NCBI RefSeq assembly: GCF_009914755.1
Contig: NC_060934.1
Length of the DNA: 64,000 nucleotides
Origin: the human T2T-CHM13v2.0 reference genome, Homo sapiens
Direction: 5' to 3' (one strand)
The translations under genes and the position numbers were made by a program. The notes under the pieces are model-generated. The model saw only the letters and a list, made by a program, of their open reading frames with translations, was not told the origin of the DNA and ran no database searches. Shown here piece by piece: positions 20,189 through 32,855 of the stretch. The first letter of the stretch is position 1; each line of letters opens with the position of its first letter.

Positions 20189-20404
20189 ACAATGAGAACA
20201 CTTGGACACAGGGTGGGGAACATCACACACTGGGGCCTGTCGGGGTGTAGGGGGCTACGGGAGGGATAGCATTAGGAGATATACCTAATGTAAATGACAA
20301 ATTGATGGGTGCAGCAAACCAACATGGCACATGTATACCTATGTATCAAACCTGCACGTTGTGCACATGTACTGTAAAACTTAAAGTATTACAATAATAA
20401 AAAA

Positions 20405-21004
20405 AGAACATGTGATATTTGTGTTTTTGTGCCTGGCTTATTTTACTTAACATAATGATCTCCAATTCCTTTTATGTAGCTGCAAAAGACAGGATTTTAA
20501 TTTTTATGGCTGTATAATATTCCATTGTGTATATATACACCACAATTTCTTTATCCATTCATCTGTTGACGGACACTTAGGTTGATGCCATATGTTGGCT
20601 ATTGTGGATAGTGCTGCAATAAATATGGGGCTTCAGACATCTCTTCAACATATTTTCTTTCTTTTGCATATATACCCAGGGGTGGATTCTTGGATCATAT
20701 GACAGTTCTGTTTTTAGTTTTTTGAAGAACCTCCAAACTGTTCTCTATAGTGTCTGCACTAATTTATATTCCCACCAACAATTTATAAGATCTCCCCTTT
20801 CTCCAATTCCTCACCAGCATTGTTACTTTTTGTCTTTTTTATAAAAACCATTTTAATCAGTGTGAGATGACATCTCATTGTGGTTTTAATTTGTATTTCC
20901 CTGATGATTAGTGATGCTGCACATTTTTTTCATTCCAGTTGGCCATTTGTATGTCTTCTTGAAAAAAAAGGTCTATTCAGACGTTTTGCCCATTTTTAAC
21001 AGGA
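20405..21004 (-). mobile_element. L1MA 3' region, part 2
   Basis: agaacatgtgatatttgtgtttttgtgcctggcttatttt... continues the element broken at 13267. Confidence 0.8.
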
Positions 21005-23106
21005 TTTTTTTTATAATTTCATATTTTTAACTTTTGTACATACATACTTGGTGTATATACTTATGGGGTACATGAGGTATTTTGACATAGGCATGCAATA
21101 TGTAATAATCACATCATGGAGAATGAAATATCCATCCTCTCAAGCATTTATCATTTGTATTACAAATAATCCAATTATATTCTTTTAGTTATTTTTAAAT
21201 GTACAACTAAATTATTATTGACTATAGTCACCCTTTTGTGCCATCAAGTAGTAGGTCTTATTTATTGTTTCTAACTATTTATTTGTACCCATAAACCAAC
21301 CTCACCTCCTCCCCACAAACCCCCCGCTACCCTTTCCAGCCTCTGGTAACCATCCTTTTACTCTCTAGGCCCATTAGTTCAATTGTTTTGATTTTTAGAT
21401 CCCACAAATATGTGAGAACATGTGATGTTTGTCTTTCTGTGCCTGGCTTATTTCACTTAACATAATAACCTCCAGTTCCATCCATGTTGTTGTAAATGAG
21501 AGGATCTCATTAGTTTTTATGGCTGAATAGTACTCCCTTGTATATATATACCACATTTTTCCTATCCATTCATCTGCTGATGGACACTTCAGTTGTTTCT
21601 AAATCTTGGCTATTGTGAACTGTGCTGCAGCAAACATAGGAGTGAAGGTATCTCTTTGATATACTGATTTTCTTTCTTTTGGATATATATATGCAATAGT
21701 GGGAATGCTGGATCATATGGTAGCTCTATTTTTAGTTTTTTGAGGAACTGTTCTCTGTGGTGGTTGTACTAATTTACATTCCCACCAACAGTGTACAAGG
21801 GTTCCCTTTTCTCCACATCTTCATCAGTATTTGCTATTGCCTTTTTGATATAAACCATTTTAACTGGGGTGAGATGATATCTCATTGTAGTTTTGATTTG
21901 CATTTCTTTGATGATCAATGATGTTGAGCACCTTTTCATATGCCTGTTCGCCATTTGTGTGTCTTCTTTTGAGAAATGTCTATTCAAATATTTTGCCTAT
22001 ATTTTGATCAAATTATTAGATTTTGTAATACAGTTGTTTGAGCTCCTAATATATTCTGGTTATGAATTCCTTATCAGATGGGTAGTTAGCAAACATTTTC
22101 TCCCATTCTGTGGGTTGTCTTCACTTTGTTATTTGTTTCCTTTACTTTACAGAAGGTTTTTAACTTGATGTGATCTCATTTGTTGACTTTTGCTTTGGTT
22201 TCTTGTGCTTGTGGGGTATTCAAGAAATTTTTACCCAGAGCAATGTCCTGAAAATTTTCCCCAATGTTTTCTTGTAGTAGTTTCATAGTTTGAGTTCTAA
22301 TATTTAAGTATTTAATCCATTTTGATTTGATTTTTTTGTATATGGTGATTTGATTTTTTTATATGGGTTTTTTGTATATCATGAGAGACAGGGGTATAGT
22401 TTCATTCTTCTCCATATGGATACCCAGTTTTTCCAGCACTGTTTATTGAGGAGACTGCATTTTCCCCAGTGAATATTCTTGGCATCTTTTTTGAAAATGA
22501 GTTCACTGTAGATGTATGGGTTTGTTTCTGGGCTCTCTGTTCTCTTCCACTGGGCTATGTATCTGTTTTTATGCCAGTACCATGCTGTTTTGGTTACATA
22601 GCTCTATAGTATAATAAGCTCAGGTAATGTCATTCCTCCAGTTTTGTTCTTTGTGCTCAGGATAGTTTTGGCTATTCTGGGTCTTTTGTAGTTCCATAAA
22701 AATTTTAGGATTTTTTTTCTTTTTATCTAAAGAATGTCATTGGAATTTTGATACAGATTGCATTGAACTTGTAAGCCACTTTGAGTAGTATTGACATTTT
22801 AATAATATTAAATCTTCTAATCCCCTTTGTGTAGTATTGACATTTTAATAACATTGAATCTTCTAATCCATATGCATGTAATATCTTTCCACTTTTTGTG
22901 TATCCTCTCCAATTTCTTTCATGGTATTTTATAGTTTTCCTCGTAGAGATCTTTTACTACTTTGGTTAAATTTATTCTGAGGTATTTTATATTTTTGTAG
23001 CTACTGAAACTGGCGTTGCTTTCTTGATTTCTTTTTCAGATTCTCCACCATTGGTGTATATAAATGCTACTAACATTTGTGTGTTTATCTGGTATCCTGC
23101 AACTTT
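21005..23106 (-). mobile_element. L1MA (MA2-like 3' end) running into ORF2 sequence; may be two fused L1MA pieces with a junction near 22340
   Basis: New poly(T)/3'UTR at 21005, ORF2 fragment 21769-21987 ([21 protein letters not shown]), and local duplications at 22320-22380 and 22784-22870. Confidence 0.8.
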
Positions 23107-23110
23107 GGAA

Positions 23111-23189
23111 TAAGTCCAATTATTCTTGTTCACAGAGGACATAATCTTATATTTAGAAAAACCTAAAGACTCAACAAAGTCTGTTAGAA
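23111..23189 (+). mobile_element. Inverted L1M ORF2 fragment (RT FADD region)
   Basis: aagtccaattattcttgttcacagaggacataatcttatatttagaaaaacctaaagactc is sense L1 RT sequence (compare 18446-18500). Confidence 0.7.
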
Positions 23190-23253
23190 TATATATTTCT
23201 TTTTATTCATTTTTAAACAAATAAGCCTTCGTTTGTATCTTGCATTATTCAGT

Positions 23254-23301
23254 TTTGCTTCATAAAAGGTTTGCTTCATAAAAGCTTTGCTTCATAAAAG
23301 C
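23254..23301. repeat. 16-bp tandem repeat, 3 copies (tttgcttcataaaagS)
   Basis: Read directly from the sequence. Confidence 0.9.
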
Positions 23302-24170
23302 AAAATTATGTGAGATTTTTCATGTTTTGCCAACATGAAATATGAAAGATAGCATTCAGTATAGTTTTAAATTGCGTTTTTCTCATATGTGAGACTGAAC
23401 ATCTTTTCATGTATATAAAATCTATCTTCATTTCATGTTCTGCAACTGTTTTCCAATCTTTTCCCAAATTTTTGCTAGACTCTTGGTATTTTTTTCTTAC
23501 TGATTTATAGGGTTCTTTATATACTAGGAAAATTAATCCTTGCTGATATAGATATTTAGAAGGCCTATTCCACATCAAGATTTTATGTGGGGGTTGGGGG
23601 CATGTATAGGCACATTATTTAAATACATACCTACATATTCTCTTGTTTCTTCTAGTAATTTCATGGCTTTAATTTTAAAATATTAACTAAATTAATTATT
23701 AACTAAATTAAATATTTAAATATTTGACTCATTTAGAATATATTCTGACATGAGACATAAAACCAGGTTTATTTTCCTCCAGATAAAAGCCCAGTAGTTC
23801 TAACCTAAATTCACTTTTTTAAAAAATGCTCTCTTAACACTCAATTATTCTTTAACAAAATATTATGAGTGTTTCCATTTCTTATAAATCTTTCTCCCCA
23901 GAATCACGGCATACTTTCATGATATATCATTCATCCTAGATTTTTAGACAGTCTAGGTCCAAGTGAGTGGAATTTCTAGAGAGGTGAATTTTGAGTCTTT
24001 ATGAAGCTTTCTTTCTGAAGATTTCCATAAAATATCCTGAACATGTCAGTTTGATTTTTATTCATCATTTTATTTCAATAGCTACAGAAACTTACGTTGA
24101 ATTTTTATATGTAATTGCATCCCTACTGGAATGTGGCTTTTTGCTGCATTTTAAAAATGTTTGTAAATAT
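23302..24170 (-). mobile_element. Ancient L1ME-like ORF2/3' remnant
   Basis: ORF 23306-23578 (LIFLVYKE..YMKRCSVS..RKTQFKT) is degenerate L1 ORF2 C-terminus. Confidence 0.6.
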
Positions 24171-24219
24171 ATTTGTGTGGTGTGGTGTGTGTGTGTTTGT
24201 GTGTGTGACACTCTGCCTA

Positions 24220-24720
24220 TCTGACACTGCAAGGTATATAAAGACATTGGAGACATAACTTCAGCTTCTTCGAAACACCTGCAAACCAGAATAGAGATGA
24301 AACAGACTAATTCTAAAATTAAAAGTAGAGAAATGGTATGTGTCTCAGGAACATACAAAGTGTGGAAGTTTAAAGGAAGGAAAATTTACATATGTTTGGA
24401 AGGGAGTTAAACAAGAAAAGGCTCAAGAAGGTTATATTTGAGATGGCTTCTAAGAGGTTGAGACTGGAATGGGAAAAAGCCTTCTAGGAAAAGGGAATCC
24501 TGTGTGAAAATGCTTTACAAAGGTGGGAGGAATGTTCTCCAGCAGAGAGCAGTACAATTTGATTGGAGGGAGGACATCATGTAGGAGAGGGAGAAAAGAG
24601 AGCAATGTAGAATGGGAAATGGGGGCCAGATCACTGAGGGCCTGGGCTGAAGAGTTTGCAGGTTGTGGGAAGGTTAACATTGGTGATAGGTGGTGGGTAG
24701 GAGCAACATGGTCCAAGCTC
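24220..24720 (-). mobile_element. L2 remnant
   Basis: GA-rich L2-type text (atttgagatggcttctaag; gggccagatcactgagggcctgggctgaagagtttg). Confidence 0.5.
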
Positions 24721-26459
24721 TGTGTTGTGAAAATTAAACATGAGAAAAAACATATGAGAGTATTGTCAGAAATTGGAGTCCATGTGTGAAGTTTTCAGGA
24801 AGTTGGCATTACCTGTGCACTAGGATACAATGAAGACATGGCCCTGGCCCTCTAATAGAGATCTGTCTTTTTATGGGGGAGGCACGATAGGACTTGTTAA
24901 TAAAAATGAGGCTAAGGCCCCTTCACAGAATATGAGAGTTACTAGTATCATGATATTGAAAACAAATAAACAATAAACAACTATAAATAGCTTTGGTTTT
25001 TTCTACTTGATTTTGGTAACTTATAAGACAAGGCAAGAACACCTTGACAAAGGCCATGATTATCTGCCATTCCATTAGGCACACTGGGAGAAGAAGTTGC
25101 TTGAGGGGACAACCAGAGATAGAATTGTCCCCCTGAACCTGTCTTGGGAATAGTAGAGATATTAATGTTGACCAGAGCTTCATGTGGAGACAGGAGAATA
25201 TGATTTTTAACTCAGATTCCTACCAAGATTATCTTTTTCAAATGATCCTTAAAGACATCTAGTTACTAATGCATTAAAATAAACATCTTATAATACAATT
25301 TATAAAAATCTTGTTAATAAATAAACTAAACCACAACCTAATCAGGTTTTCTGAAACTGGCATAATCAAATGATGGTGACCCACAAGACAGGGTGGAGGG
25401 CTGAATGGGAATGATGTTAATACTCTGCCCCATGCTCATATGCCTTCCCTACTTCCTCCTGCAAGCTCTGCTATATAAATATGCTTCCTTTACCCATGAC
25501 AGCTGCAGAGAACATTGATAATAGCCCCTTTGGATACTCTAACATTCAAAGGTCAAAGACGACATTTTAATTTAGCACATAAGCATCTGTATTCATCTCT
25601 TTTCAATTACTATAGATGAACTGGCTTTCCTGGAAAAATTAAGATACGCAATAGCAGAGCCCTTGAATAACACATAACATTTAGACTACCTTAAGAAAAA
25701 TGTAGATAGGGTTTCTAACCTAAGAAGTGCAAGAGCAAGCCACATTTCTCTTTTCATCATGTCACCTATTAGAACATCGGCCTGGAGATAGTAATATACA
25801 AATAAAGATGTTTAAAAAGCGAAGGCTATGACTTCTAGAATAAGAAAGCCTCATAGAAAAACATTTGATTAAAATATATTTGACTTTGAAGCTTTCTTTA
25901 GGATTTCAATTTATAAAATTAAGAAGAGGGAAGCATTAATATGTTGGTGTTTTCACATTTTTGACCTCTCTTGGTACACAGACCCTATAATTTCATAGCT
26001 ATTTCGGCGTAATGCCAACACTAGTGATTTTTGGTTCATAGAATTAAAAAAGAATAAGGAATAGTTTCAGGTAGAAAGATGAGCCTACCTAGAGAATAAT
26101 AGGAAGGTCTGAGTGATGCCATGCAAATTACTATGCAGATTAGAGGCATGATATTTGTAGCATGTGGCATGGCAATCTATAGATGAAAAAGACAATATCA
26201 GAATCAAGTCACAGAAGCACAGAAGCTGACCATTGTTAGCCTCTTTAAGATGTTTTAAATCCAGGGTAAATTGTGTTTGCATTGCCTCTCAAAGGTCCTG
26301 ATTACTCCTTCCAGGCCACAGAGGTTACTGTTGGAACTATTTGGGGCTGTCAGGTATAAAGATGGTGGGATGAGTTAACTCAATTTTCAAGGTCTTTCAT
26401 GATGATTTTTGAAACTAGGTATAACTATAGCACCTGACTTACTAAATACATTTTGCTGC

Positions 26460-28852
26460 TGTCTTAGTCCATTTTTTACTGCTATAACAAAATATCACAG
26501 ACTAGGTAATTTATAGTGAACAGGAATCTATTGGCTCAAAGTTAAGCTGGGAAGTCCAAGGCTGAAGATCTAGCATCTAGTGAGGGCCTCCTTGCTGTGT
26601 CCATATGGTGAAAGGTGGAGAGACAAGGGAGGGAGGGATGGGGAGCAAGGAGGAGGAGAGAGAGAGTGTGAACTTGCAAATGCACTCCTGTGATAACAAC
26701 ATTAATTCATTCATGAGAGCAGAGCCTTCATTGCCTAATCACCTCTCATTAGGCCCCATCTCCCAACACTGTTACATTGAGAATTAAGATTCCAACACAT
26801 ATGTTTTGGGGAACACATTCAAACAATAACATTCTGCCATTGGATCCCAAAACTCAGGTCTTTCTCATATTCAAAATACATTCATTCCAACCCAACTGCT
26901 CCAGTGACTTAACTCATGCCAGCACCGATTCAAAAGTCTAACATTCAGGGTCTTATCTAAATCAGACATGGATGAGACTAAGTGTTTTACTTATGCTGAG
27001 GCAAATTTCCTCCAGTCATAATCCTGTTAAATCAAACAAGTTATCTACTTCTAAAATACAATGGTGGGAAGGCAAAGGACAGATATTTTCATTCCAAAAG
27101 AGAGCAACAGGAAAGAAGAAATGAGTAACAGGTCCCAAGTAAGTCCCATACCCAGCACAGTAAACAATATCAAATATCAAGACTAGAGAATAATCTTTTT
27201 GGACTCCATGTCCCACCCTATGGTCACACTGAGATGGGGGCTGGGTCCCCAAGGCTTTGAGCATCCCTGATGTTATGGCTTTGCTGGGGTCAGTTCATGG
27301 AGCAGATCTCACAGATTGCAGTCATGCTTGCCACTTTTCTAGGCTGGACTTCTGCACTGGTGGCTTTCCAGTTCTGCATTCTTGGGGGCAGTCCCACTCC
27401 CATGGTTCCAGTAGGCATTACCCTAGCAGGGACTCTCTGCAGCGGCTTTGCTCTTGTGACAAATATCTGTCTGAGCCCCACGGCTGTCCATGACATCCTT
27501 TGAAATCTAGGTAAAGGAAGCCATGCCCCTAGAACTCTTGCATTCTTCATGCCTGCAGAATTAGCTCCATGTGGATTATGCACCTTCCCGAATGGTAGCC
27601 CAAACTGCACTTAGGCCCACTTAACTGATGGCTGGGGTGGTTAAGAAGTGCTGAGCCAGAAAATTGGACACAGGGCTGTAAATGCTGCAGTCCTATAGGT
27701 GCCTCTCTGAAAACCTTCCCTAAGGGTTCTAGCTTGCCTTTAAGATCTCTGAAATGTTTTCAGAGTCATTCTCCCACTGTCTTGATGAATAGGATCTGGC
27801 TGTCTTCCATCTATATTAATTTATTTAGCAAACAGTGGCTTGCTCTCCTAAATATGACTTTTCATTCTTTACATGTTCTGGCCGTGAATTTTTAAAACCT
27901 TTCCATTCCACTTCCATTTTAATTATAAATTCCATCTTCAAATAACTTCTATCCTCTCTCATTTTTCTATATGCAGTTAAAAGAAGCCACACAGCACCCT
28001 AAATGCTTTGCTGCTTAGAAACTTCTACCAGATATTCTGGTTCATTGCTCTTAAGTTCTGCTTTTCTAAAGCCCTCAGGCATGGATGTAATTCAGTCAAG
28101 TTCTTTGCCACTTTGTAACAGTGATGGCTCTTTCTCCAGATTCCAATACTTTGTTCCTCATTTTCATCTAACACCTCATCAGAATGGTGTTTATTGTCTG
28201 TATTTCTACCAGCACTCTATTCAGGACCACTTAAAGAATCTCTAACAAGATTCAGACTTTCCCTACAACTCTTCTTCTGAGCCCTCAAAAGAGCCTTCTG
28301 AGAAATGCTCTTAATGCTCCATTCACAGCAATAAAGAGTTTTGCTAGCATTGACTTCAAAACTGTCTCAGCCTCCACCCATTACCCAGTTCCAAAGCTGC
28401 TTCTACATTTTAAGGTAGTGGTTATAGAAACAGCCCCACTTCCTGGTATGATTTTTTTTTCCTAGTCTATTTTGTGAGGCTATAACAGAATATTACAGAC
28501 TGGGTAACTTATAATGAACAGAAATTTATTGGCTCACAGTCCTGGAGGGTGTGAAGTATGAAACTGAGGCAAGATTGAGGTGCCAGCATCTGGCAAGGAA
28601 CCTCTTGCTCATGGTGAAACACAAAACGTCAAGAGAGTACAAGAGAGGGGAAAAAAGGGATCCAAACTTATCTTTTTGTAACCCATTCCTGTGATAACAA
28701 ACCCATTCTTATGGTAATGGCATTAATCCATTCATGAGGGTGGAGATTTCAGGACCTAATCACTTCTCATTAGGCCATACTTCCCAACACTTTTGCATTT
28801 GGGATTAAGCGTACAACATGTGCTTTGTGGCGGACACATTCAAAGCACAGTA
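26460..28852 (-). mobile_element. MaLR element (MSTC/MSTD-like) with both LTRs and ~1.6 kb internal region
   Basis: LTR 26460-26830 (tgtcttagtcc...acacattcaaacaataaca) and LTR ~28460-28852 (ctagtctattttg...acacattcaaagcacagta). MST/THE1-int-like interior ends ccccacttcctggta, the PBS side. Confidence 0.85.
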
Positions 28853-29589
28853 GGTGTTCAATATTATAAATGACACAAATCAGTCCTCTCCCAATAAAAT
28901 CAAGGGTGGTTTTGTGTAGGAGGATTGGCTTATAGATCCCATAGGGTACACTGCCATACAGTTAGTCAAATATTTGTACTTTTATAGAACTGTTGCTGTA
29001 TATGTCTGGTATGATTTCTATTTTCCCAACTCCTTCTCAGTTCTTCATCACAAAAACAACATTCTTACAGCTTGCTGTCAACACCATGTATTTTAGTCCA
29101 TTAGCCATCTAAAAAGAGTGGTTTTTTCTTCCATCTTGGCAAAGAGATCAATACTTCTAATATAATAAGTTCAGAGTTTCTTATGTGGCTCAGCCTTCAT
29201 GGTTTCTATGAGATAAGAGATTGTAAAAGACTACTACTTTCTGAGACTTGATAGGATATCAGAAATTGATGGAGACAAGTTAGCTTTGGGTAGGCTCTGC
29301 ACAGAGGAAAGGGGTATGAGAAAATCACAGAATAACAGAAATGGAGAAAGTTAAGTTAGAAAGCAAACGCAGGAGTGCCCTGACCAGAAGATATCAGGAG
29401 TGTTGGGGTATGAGACAGACTGATTGGGAAGGGCTGGAAATGGCCACAGATCCTATTGCATGTTAATAAGAAGAATTTCTTCTGCCATTGGTTTGGTTTA
29501 CCTGTGAACCAAAAGCATTTCTTTGCTTACACAATGACAAGAGGCAGAGATAAGGAAGGGAATAAGAACATAGACATCTATGTGTCTGT

Positions 29590-29760
29590 GTCCACCATTT
29601 ACAGAGCACCCAGTATGAACCAGGCATGAGCCTTATATAATTTTATTTTCATCAATACTCTGTGAGGTGGGTATCAGTGTCACTTAGATTCTGCAGCTGA
29701 AGAAACTGAAGCTTAGAGAAGTTAAGTAAATGCCCCCAAATTTCACATCTATGGAGTGGT
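29590..29760 (-). mobile_element. MIR
   Basis: Core gaagaaactgaagcttagagaagttaagtaaatgccc. Confidence 0.7.
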
Positions 29761-30518
29761 TACATTCATATGTTGTATATGTAACAGGTTATTATTATTA
29801 AACTCAATTCCTAGAGAGTTAGACAAAAGCAATGCCTCTTGCATACCTAAGGTGGAGACTTTCTGCAAGAAGCAGGAAGCAGGCATTCCAACACTGACCT
29901 TTGTCCAGTCCTTGAGAGCCCCTGCTTGCCACCAGCTGTGAGTGCCCATATTATAAACCAAGCATCATCCAAGTGGACCCTGGCTTTTAAACTTAAAGAT
30001 GTGTGTTGAAAACAAATTGTAGAAGAGCCAGTGTTACAAAAAAAAATGAGCAGTTTTGAAGCACAAAGGAAATGGTTTATGAAGAAAACTCTATTAAAGT
30101 CATCAACTTTCTATTGCTTAAGGTCAAAAACTTACAGTATGCTACAATACAATTTATTATATTACAAATGAGTGCCAGCATTCATCTATTTCCTTGCTCT
30201 TGTCATGTTTCTGCCTGGGGTATTTATCTTTGATCATTGTTCTCTTAATGGATTGAACTAATAAACAAGCATGTGAAAGCTATAGTACCTGCAGATCTGA
30301 TATAAAAAGGAGTTATAAAGTTTATCAACTGAACATTTGTTATTTTCTTTCCCAGAGTATCATAAGGGAAGTCAATTTGGCAAGCACAGTATTGATTTAT
30401 GGTCAAGGATAAGGAAATCTATTTGGAAACTAAAGGCAACCCAATTAATTCCTCTTAGAAGAAGAAAGTCGCAAAGAGGGTAGCATAGAAAAGCCCCTCT
30501 TCTGTATGGACTTTGGGA

Positions 30519-30711
30519 TTTTTTTTTTTTTTTTGAGATAGGGTCTTTCTCTGTTCCCCAGACTGGAGTACAATGTCACGATCATGGCACTGGCAGCCTC
30601 AACATTCCAGACTGAAGCAATCCTCCTGTCTCAGCCTCCCTAGTAGCTGGGATCACAGGCAGGTACTACCACACCAGGCTCATTTTGTTGTTTTTAGAAA
30701 GATAAGGTCTC
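30519..30711 (-). mobile_element. AluJ right arm, split by the HERV-H copy
   Basis: Poly(T), gagatagggtct...aagcaatcctcctgtctcagcctcc; continues at 36220. Confidence 0.88.
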
Positions 30712-30822
30712 GGCTGACTCTCTTTTCGGACTCAGCCCACCTGCACCCAGGTGAAATAAACAGCCTTGTTGCTCACACAAAGCCTGTTTGGTGGTCTCTT
30801 CACACAGATGCAAGTGAAATTT

Positions 30823-30840
30823 TGGTGCTGTGACTCGGAT
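30823..30840 (+). other. Primer binding site complementary to tRNA-His
   Basis: TGGTGCTGTGACTCGGAT versus canonical TGGTGCCGTGACTCGGAT (one CpG-type change), just after U5. Confidence 0.9.
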
Positions 30841-31272
30841 CAGGGGCCTCCCTTGGAATATCAATCCCCTGTCCTCCTGCTCTTTGTTCCGTGAGAAAGA
30901 TCCACCTACGATCTCTGGTCCTCAGACCAACCAGCCCAAGGAACATCTCACCAATTTTAAATCCGGTAAGTGGCCTCTTTACTCTCTTCTCCAACCTCTC
31001 TATCCCTCAACCTCTTTCTCCTTTCAATCTTGGCACCACACTTCAATCTCTCCCGTCTCTTAATTTCAGTTCCTTTCATTTTCTGGTAGAGACGAAGGAG
31101 ACACCTTATATCCATGGACCCAAAACTCCGGCGCCAGTCACAGACTCGGGAAGACAGTCTCCCCTTGGTGCTTAATCACGCGGGGATGCCTGCCTGATTA
31201 TTCACCCATGTTTCAGAGGTGTCTGACCACGTGGGGACGCCTGCCTTGGTCCTTCACCCTTAGCAGCAAGTA

Positions 31273-31508
31273 CCGCTTTTCTGGGGGGCAAGAACCCCCT
31301 GACCCCTTATCTCTGTGTCTCTACCACTTCTCTGCTTTTCTGGAGGGCAAGAACCCCCCAACCCCTTCTCTCCATGTCTCTACCCTTTCTCCGCTTTTCT
31401 GGGAGGCAAGAACCCCCTGACCCCTTCTCTCCATGTCTCTACCCCTTCTCCGTTTTTTGGGGGTCAAGAACCCCCCACCCCTTCTCTCTGTGTCTCTACT
31501 CTCTTTTC
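31273..31508 (+). repeat. 59-bp tandem repeat, 4 copies, in the HERV-H leader
   Basis: Units ccgcttttctggggggcaagaacccc...tctctacc start at 31273, 31332, 31391 and 31450. Confidence 0.88.
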
Positions 31509-32184
31509 TCTGGGCTTGCCTCCTTCACTATGGGCAGCCTTCCATCCTCCATTCCTCCTTCTTCTCCCTTAGCCTGTGTTCTCAAGAACTTAAAACCTCT
31601 TCAACTCACACCTGACCTAAACATAAATGCCTTATTTTCTTCTATGATGCCGTTTGACCCCATTACAACCTCGATAGTGGTTCCAAATAGTCAGAAAACA
31701 GCACTTTTGATTTTTCCATCCTACAAGATCTAGATAATTCTTATCGTAAAATAGGCAAATGGTCTGAGGTGCCTGACATCCAGGCATTCTTTTACACATT
31801 GTTCCCTCCCTAGTCTCTGTTCCCAATGTGACTCTTCCCAAATCCTCCTTCTTTCCCTCCCATCTGTCCTCCCAGTCCCAACCCCAAGCGTTGCTGAGTC
31901 TTTCTAATCTTCCTTTTCTACAGACCCATCTGACTTTCCCCCTTCTCCCCAGGCTGCTCCTCGCCAGGCCAAGCCAGGTCCCAATTCTTCCTCAGCCTCT
32001 GCTCCCCCCACCCTATAATCCTTTTATCACCTCCCCTCCTCACACCCTGTCCAGCTTACAGTCTCATTCCACAGCTAGCCCTCCCCCACCTGCCCAGCAA
32101 TTTCCTCTTAAAAAGGTGGCTGGAGCTAGTGGCATAGTCAAGGTTAATGCTCCTTTTTCTTTATCTGACCTCTCCCAAAATCAG

Positions 32185-32790
32185 TTAGCATTTAGGCTCT
32201 TTTTCATCAAACATGAAAAGTCCAGCCCAGTTCATGGCCTGCTTAGCAGCAACCCTGAGACGTTTTACAGCCCTAGACCCTGAAAGGTCAAAAGGCCAAC
32301 TTATTCTCAATATACATTTTATTTTATTACCCACTCTGCTCCAGACATTAAATAAAGCTCCAAAAATTAAATTCCAGCCCTCAAACCCCACTACAGGACT
32401 TAATTAACCTCACCTTCAAGGTGCACAATAATAGAGTAGAGGCAGCCAAGTAGCAACATACTTCTGAGTTGCAATTCCTTGCCTCCACTGTGAGACAAAC
32501 CCCAGCCACATCTCCAACACACAAGAACTTCCAAATGCCTAAACCGCAGTGGCCAGGCATTCCTCCAGGCCTGTCTCCCCCAGGAGCTTGCTACAAGTGC
32601 CAGAAATCTGGCCACCAGGACAAGGAATGCCTGCAGCCCAGGATTCCTCCTAAGCTGTGTCCCATCTGTGCAGGACCCCACTGGAAATCAGACTGTCCAA
32701 TTCACCCAGCAGCCACTCCCAGAGCCCCTGGAACTCTGGCCCAAGGCTCTCTGACTCCTTCCCAGATCTTCTTGGCTTAGCGGCTGGAGA
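32185..32790 (+). pseudogene. gag: HERV-H gag remnant with nucleocapsid zinc knuckles
   Basis: CYKCQKSGHQDKEC and CPICAGPHWKSDC in ORF 32469-32780. Confidence 0.88.
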
Positions 32791-32855
32791 CTGACGCTGC
32801 CTAATCACCTCAGAAGCTTCCTGGACCATCACAGATGCTTTAAGTAACTCTCACA

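Noticed and set aside
23254-23301. Short direct-repeat array, considered (with 31273-31508) as CRISPR-like
   Set aside because: Head-to-tail repeats with no unique spacers and no cas genes, in human DNA.
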